Part shown: positions 10,311 through 14,899 of the stretch, piece after piece
Layout of the letters: the number at the start of each line of letters is the position of its first letter
Position numbering within the stretch: the stretch's first letter is position 1
Program-made: the position numbers and the translations under genes
The notes under the pieces: model-generated
Databases searched by the model: none
What the model was told of the DNA's origin: nothing
What the model saw: only the letters and a program-made list of their open reading frames with translations
Origin: Penicillus capitatus
Taxonomy: Eukaryota; Plantae; Chlorophyta
Assembly: GCA_965649825.1 (NCBI GenBank)
Contig: CBFGMF010000001.1
Span: forward strand, 1 to 14,899
DNA length: 14,899 bases
Reading direction: 5' to 3'

Positions 10311-12439
10311 ATGCGGTGTCGTCTCGTCCTTTCATCGACCTCCAAGAGCAGAGGCGCACGATGTTCCAAACAGACGGCCAAAAAAGACGAAAGAAACGGC
10401 GGCGATGTTGGGCGGGTGCATTCGAGGTAGGCAACGCCACACGTTTGCCCCTCTGTGCCAACCCTCGTTCGCTCAGGGACTTCCTGCGACATAGAGCACG
10501 ATTTGCCGACCGATCGCTAACGGCCACACGCGTGCGTTGCCTCTTAGTTGGATATCGGTGAGACAGGTTGCTGCAGATAGCGCAGATTACTCTCTGTACT
10601 TCCAACCGAACACCGAGCGATTCTCCCTCGAGCAGCAGTTCGGCATCTGAGGTCTCGTTCTCGAGCCTTGCTCATCGGCCTGATCCTCTGCGTCTTACTC
10701 AGAGTCTCTTAACCAATCTGAATCCTTCATCGACGAGCGAAGAGAGCTTTTCGCCGGCGCTGTGCAAAGAAGACGTGCAGATCGCGACAAGGGAAACGAC
10801 GGAGGTGTGCTGGCGCTGTATGTGGAGTATCGTGAGATGTACACGCGTAGGCCATCGATAGTGTGACGTCTGGGTCGCAGCTATGGCTGAATCGTCGATG
10901 GGTGATCGTGGGACTGTGCTTCGTCGCTTTCATGTTGTGTAACATGGATCGGGTGAACATGAGCATCGCGATTCTGCCGATGGCGACGGAGTTCGGATGG
11001 GACAGCCAGTTGAAAGGCATCGTGCAGTCCTCCTTCTTCTGGTGACCTTCTGGGCAGCTTCCCATCGACGATCACGCGGTTCGACAGGGGTTACCTTCTG
11101 ACGCAGATCCTGGGCGGCATCTGGGCCGATAAGTTCGGAGGGAAGCGCATTCTGGGTGCGGTTTGCAGATCGGAGAGGCGACAGACAGTGCGTATGTTTG
11201 TGCAGGCTTTGGTGTTGTCTGGTGGTCCATTGCGACAGCGGTGACGCCGTTTGCTGCACATCTCGGATTTCCAGCCCTCCTGACAGCGAGAGCCTGTATG
11301 GGAATCGGCGAGGGCGTTGCGATGCCGGCCATGAACAATCTTCTCTCCAAGTCTGTTGTCGCATCTCTCCTTCGCCGCCGCCTCTGCAAGAGGATACGAT
11401 GCACTGTCTCAGGTGGATACCGGTACAAGAGCGATCGAGGTCTTTGGCCTTCGTCTACAGCGGTATGTTTGTGGGGTCGATTCTGGGATTGGCCATTTCG
11501 CCGCATCTCATTCAGCTGCTACAGTGGCCTTCTGTATTTTTCATCTTTGGCTCATTCGGAATCGCTTGGCTGATTTTTTGGAATCAATCGGCGTCGAGCT
11601 CGCCGCAAGAAGACCCCCACATCAGCGACGCCGAACGCGATTACATCATCAGCGGAAAACAACAGAACGTCTGTCCGACGATGGCGTTTGGCCTGGATTG
11701 ACGCCTTGTGTGTTCAGGAACCGACAGTGGAGATTCCGTGGGGCAGAATCCTGTCGAGGATCGAAGTGTGGACGATCATCATCAGCCATTTCTGTCACAA
11801 CTGGGGTACCTTTATCCTGTTGACATGGATGCCGACCTACTACAACCAAGTCCTGGGATTGGACCTCATGAAATCGGGATTCTTCTCTGTCTTACCATGG
11901 ATCACGATGGCCATCGCGGCGAACATCGGCGGATGGCTCGCCGACAGCCTCGTCCCACGAATCGGCGTGACAAAAGTCCGCAAACTTATGCAAACCGTAA
12001 GCCCGCCGCCACGCGCCGCCATCCCTCGGATGACAGAGGCCTGTCTGTTGCAGATTGGATTTCTAGGTCCAGCACTGTTCTTGACGCAGCTCAGCAGAGT
12101 CCATTCTGTCCCGATGGCTGTCCTGTGCATGATGTGCTCACAAGGACTGGACGCTTTTAGCCAGTCTGGACTGTACTCCAATCACCAGGACATCGGTCCC
12201 AAGTACTCCGGCGTGCTTCTCGGTCCGTCATCCTTTGTCCTCTTCAGCACCTCGAGTCTTTGCTTTTAGGCCTGTCCAATACGGCAGGAGTGTTGGCTGG
12301 AGTGTTCGGAACATATGTGACGGGGCGCATTCTGCAGTACGGTTCGTGGGATCAAGTGTGGCACGTGTCCGTGACGCTCTACATCGTGGGCGCCGTGATT
12401 TGGAACCTATTTGCCACAGGAGAACGCATACTTGACTGA
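10311..12439 (+). CDS. PHT4: PHT4/ANTR-family (SLC17-like) plastid anion/phosphate transporter, PHT4;1/PHT4;4-like, ~558 aa, ~10 exons
   Basis: Exons 10311-10426, 10477-10531, 10577-10804, 10851-11041, 11088-11155, 11206-11350, 11413-11668, 11718-11996, 12054-12222, 12270-12439. Sum is 1677 nt, in frame. Motifs CNMDRVNMSIAILPM, QSSFFWGYLLTQ, GEGVAMPAMNNLLSKW, HFCHNWGTFILLTWMPTYY, SQSGLYSNHQDI, WNLFATGERILD. The Ser/Arg-rich N-terminus resembles a transit peptide. The first two exons and the start (alternatives 10165, 10361) are uncertain. Confidence 0.94.
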
Positions 12440-12851
12440 AAACCCGTCGATCGTCGTGCAGACCAGTTCCAAGGCTTTTTTCGCACATGAACTGGCACAC
12501 GCTTTTCTGTTTAACGTATGGAAACAGCTTTGTGCAATATCTTGGCACTAGGCAAAGTAAAAGCGTCCATTTGGCAATCGCCTTGAATTCTGACGACGGC
12601 CTCAATTAAGGGTCATCAACACCACAGGTGGCACATATATGGTCCTCCGCGTAAATGCCGGAAGCAGCTCGTGGCAATGCTGCGTCTGGAAGCTGTCTGT
12701 CAGCGAGACAGCGAACTCAAGGTTGAAGTTCAGCCCGCGCCTGCCGTGCAGCGACCTCCTATTTCTTGACTGGCTATCTAACCCACTTCGGTCAACTTTT
12801 CGCAGCGTTTAAGTTTACGGCACCGAGCGTGCACAACGGTGATTAGTAAAT

Positions 12852-13991
12852 ATGAGAGTTCTCGCCGCGGCTTTTCTTTTTCTTTGTGTGGCGCTGGGCG
12901 CACTGGCAGGGGAATACCGCGCCGGACAGTATCCATCGTCCACGACGCTGTTCGGCCTGACGTATTCCCCCTTTAACTTCAACGCATCGAGCTTCTGCTT
13001 ACCATCGGCGCAAGTCCTCACAGATATGGACATCATTCATCAAACATCCGACCACGTACGCACCTACAGTCTAGCTGCCTGTCGAGAAAACGTTGAGGTC
13101 CGACGCACGTACTCCTTACCTTCTATCCATATGCTCGCCCTCCTTGTGTAGACCATCCTCACATACTGCCAACAGAACAGCATGCGTGCGATATTGGGAC
13201 TCTTTCTCTCTGGGGACACAGCGGCCAACGATGCAGAGTTAGGAGGATTGGAAGGCATCTTGGCGACGCATGGCGACGTGATTGACGCGATCGCCGTCGG
13301 CAACGAAGTGCTCTTCGCGCGACAGGTATTACGATCTCCGCACCGTGCGTTTGTCTGACGGCGGGATGTGGCGCAGCTGACATTGCAGCAGCTGATTGGG
13401 TATGTCAAAGGAGCCAAAAGAATCGTGACGGCATCTCAGCACGACATACCGGTGTCAACGGCCGAAGTCTGGCCAGTGCTCGAATCTTCCGTCGGTCCTG
13501 ATCTGGTGGCCGAACTGGACTTCATTTGTATGAACATGCAACCCTTCTGGGAAGGATGGGATATTGTCTGTCCGCCGAGCTCAAGTGGATGTCTCTCAGC
13601 TGGGAAGTACGTGCACGCCAAGGCCGAGGGCCTCGAAGACTATCTGAAAAAACCCGTGTGGATTTGTGAGTCGGGATGGCCGACAGAAGGCGAAAGATGT
13701 TGCCAGGGACGTGACAATGCGAGAGATGGACTCTTGGCTGGACCAAGCGAAGCGAATCTAACCATTTTCCTTGAGGAACTGGTGAACGGTGGGAAACAGG
13801 TGAATCGCCCAACGTATATCCACGCCATTTTTGACGAAGACTGGAAACGCATCTGGTCACCCTGCGGTACCTGTGAGGGACTGAGTACAGGAGTGAACGA
13901 TCCCTCCTGCAATTCGTGTGAACTGGATTATCATTTCGGTATCTATGAGTCTGATCGCACTCCGAAGAAGGGAGTCACTCTTCCTGCTTGA
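12852..13991 (+). CDS. Secreted GH17 beta-1,3-glucanase/glucanosyltransferase-like protein, paralog D (344 aa), 3 exons
   Basis: Exons 12852-13097, 13152-13325, 13377-13991; introns 13098-13151 (54 nt) and 13326-13376 (51 nt). Sum is 1035 nt. Signal peptide MRVLAAAFLFLCVALGALA; FGLTYSPF, VRTYS, AVGNE (13305-13307), WICESGWP (13668-13670), IFDEDWK, HFGIY. Confidence 0.92.
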
Positions 13992-14089
13992 CGCACGCAA
14001 ACAAACGACGCTTCTTTATGAACGTCAAAGAACGCTGCTCCTTTTTGGAAGGACCTCCAAAACTAGATGATGATTTTTATTTTTTGTTT

Positions 14090-14186
14090 TGTAACCGTGG
14101 AGAGAAGATGTCTCTTGTGACAAACGATCGTGTCCATGTCGACACGGCGATGAACCTTCATGTAACCTCAAGCAAACGAAATGTAA
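14090..14186 (+). terminator. Three candidate TGTAA polyadenylation signals after GH17-D
   Basis: TGTAA at 14090-14094, 14161-14165 and 14182-14186, preceded by a T-rich tract at ~14074-14090. Confidence 0.45.
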
Positions 14187-14899
14187 CAAAGACACTCTTA
14201 GCCAACAACAGATCTTGAAAACGCGAATCGTATCTCGCCATCTCCTTCTATGGCAAAGGAAAAAGCGTTCTTTACCTCGTTAGCATGAAGTGACCGATGC
14301 CAGCTAGAGCATCGCGCGTTGTGTTTGGAGTGATTGTCTAACTGTTAGCTGATCCGAATGCGAAAAGGTACTGACTGGAGACAACTTCTCTGTCTGATGC
14401 TGCTTCGGAGTCCGTTTCGAGATATTCGCTTGTGCGTGGTGTGACAGGCAGTGTCTTGACAGACAACACAAGGAAGTGACGTTTTGCCATCGGAGCTGTA
14501 CGTAACGATGACTTACTCTGCCTTTTCAAAGACACAAGCCTACATACACGATGTCCATAACAGTCACTGTCTTTCATTACTCTCGAGCGATTCAGCTGCT
14601 CAAGAGCACAAGCACAACAACCCATCCTTAATCAGAACACAGCACGCCTGTTTGTTAAACACGCAGAAAAGACAGAATCGGAAAAGACAGAACACTCCTC
14701 AAGGCTTCCAGGATTCAGGTCGAATACAACCAAGCATGTCTACGCGATTTGGAAGAGATTGTTTCGAGGTGTCGTGTTCACACATCGACAATTCTCGGAG
14801 TTCTACAGCTAGAAATAAAACGGAACTGCAGTTGCCATACAACAAAGGACGCTTCGCTTGAATCGGTCATCGGAATTGAGACTCAGAAAAGGCGTCAGC

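Noticed and set aside
5118-12439. Myrosinase-like ascorbate-assisted catalysis linking GH17-A (no acid/base Glu) to the neighbouring PHT4;4-like transporter
   Set aside because: The compartments differ (secreted versus plastid), the substitution is Asp rather than Gln, and ascorbate specificity of this PHT4 cannot be read from sequence.
14338-14899. Possible 3' end of a minus-strand gene entering from the window edge (ORF 14338-14625; frame ELRELSMCEHDTSKQSLPNRVDMLGCIRPESWKP*)
   Set aside because: Some splice-like signals, but no consistent model or recognisable motif. Flanking sequence is needed.

Overview
Compact eukaryotic nuclear DNA, most likely from a chlorophyte green alga. This rests on a Chlamydomonas-type GDH, a plastid PHT4/ANTR gene, TGTAA motifs after several stops and the standard genetic code; the species cannot be named from sequence. 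Genes are split by very short introns (27 modelled in coding regions, all 45-67 nt), so the ORF track shows only fragments. Hand-spliced models give seven well-supported genes: an SVOP/OCT7-like MFS transporter (-, 105-1822), a glutamate dehydrogenase (+, ~1932-3422), a PHT4/ANTR anion transporter (+, ~10311-12439) and four paralogous secreted, cysteine-rich GH17 beta-1,3-glucanase/transglycosylase-like genes (A -, 3985-5577; B +, 6270-7435; C +, 8708-9857; D +, 12852-13991). The GH17 cluster is the most unusual element. All four share a 12-Cys scaffold with a CxxC-x11-14-CxxC insert, and their N-termini look like fungal Scw4/Scw10. Paralog A has the catalytic GNE motif changed to GSD and has gained a 76-aa Lys-rich tail. 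Intron positions differ strongly between paralogs. Regions 5578-6269, 7436-8659 and 14000-14899 remain unresolved.
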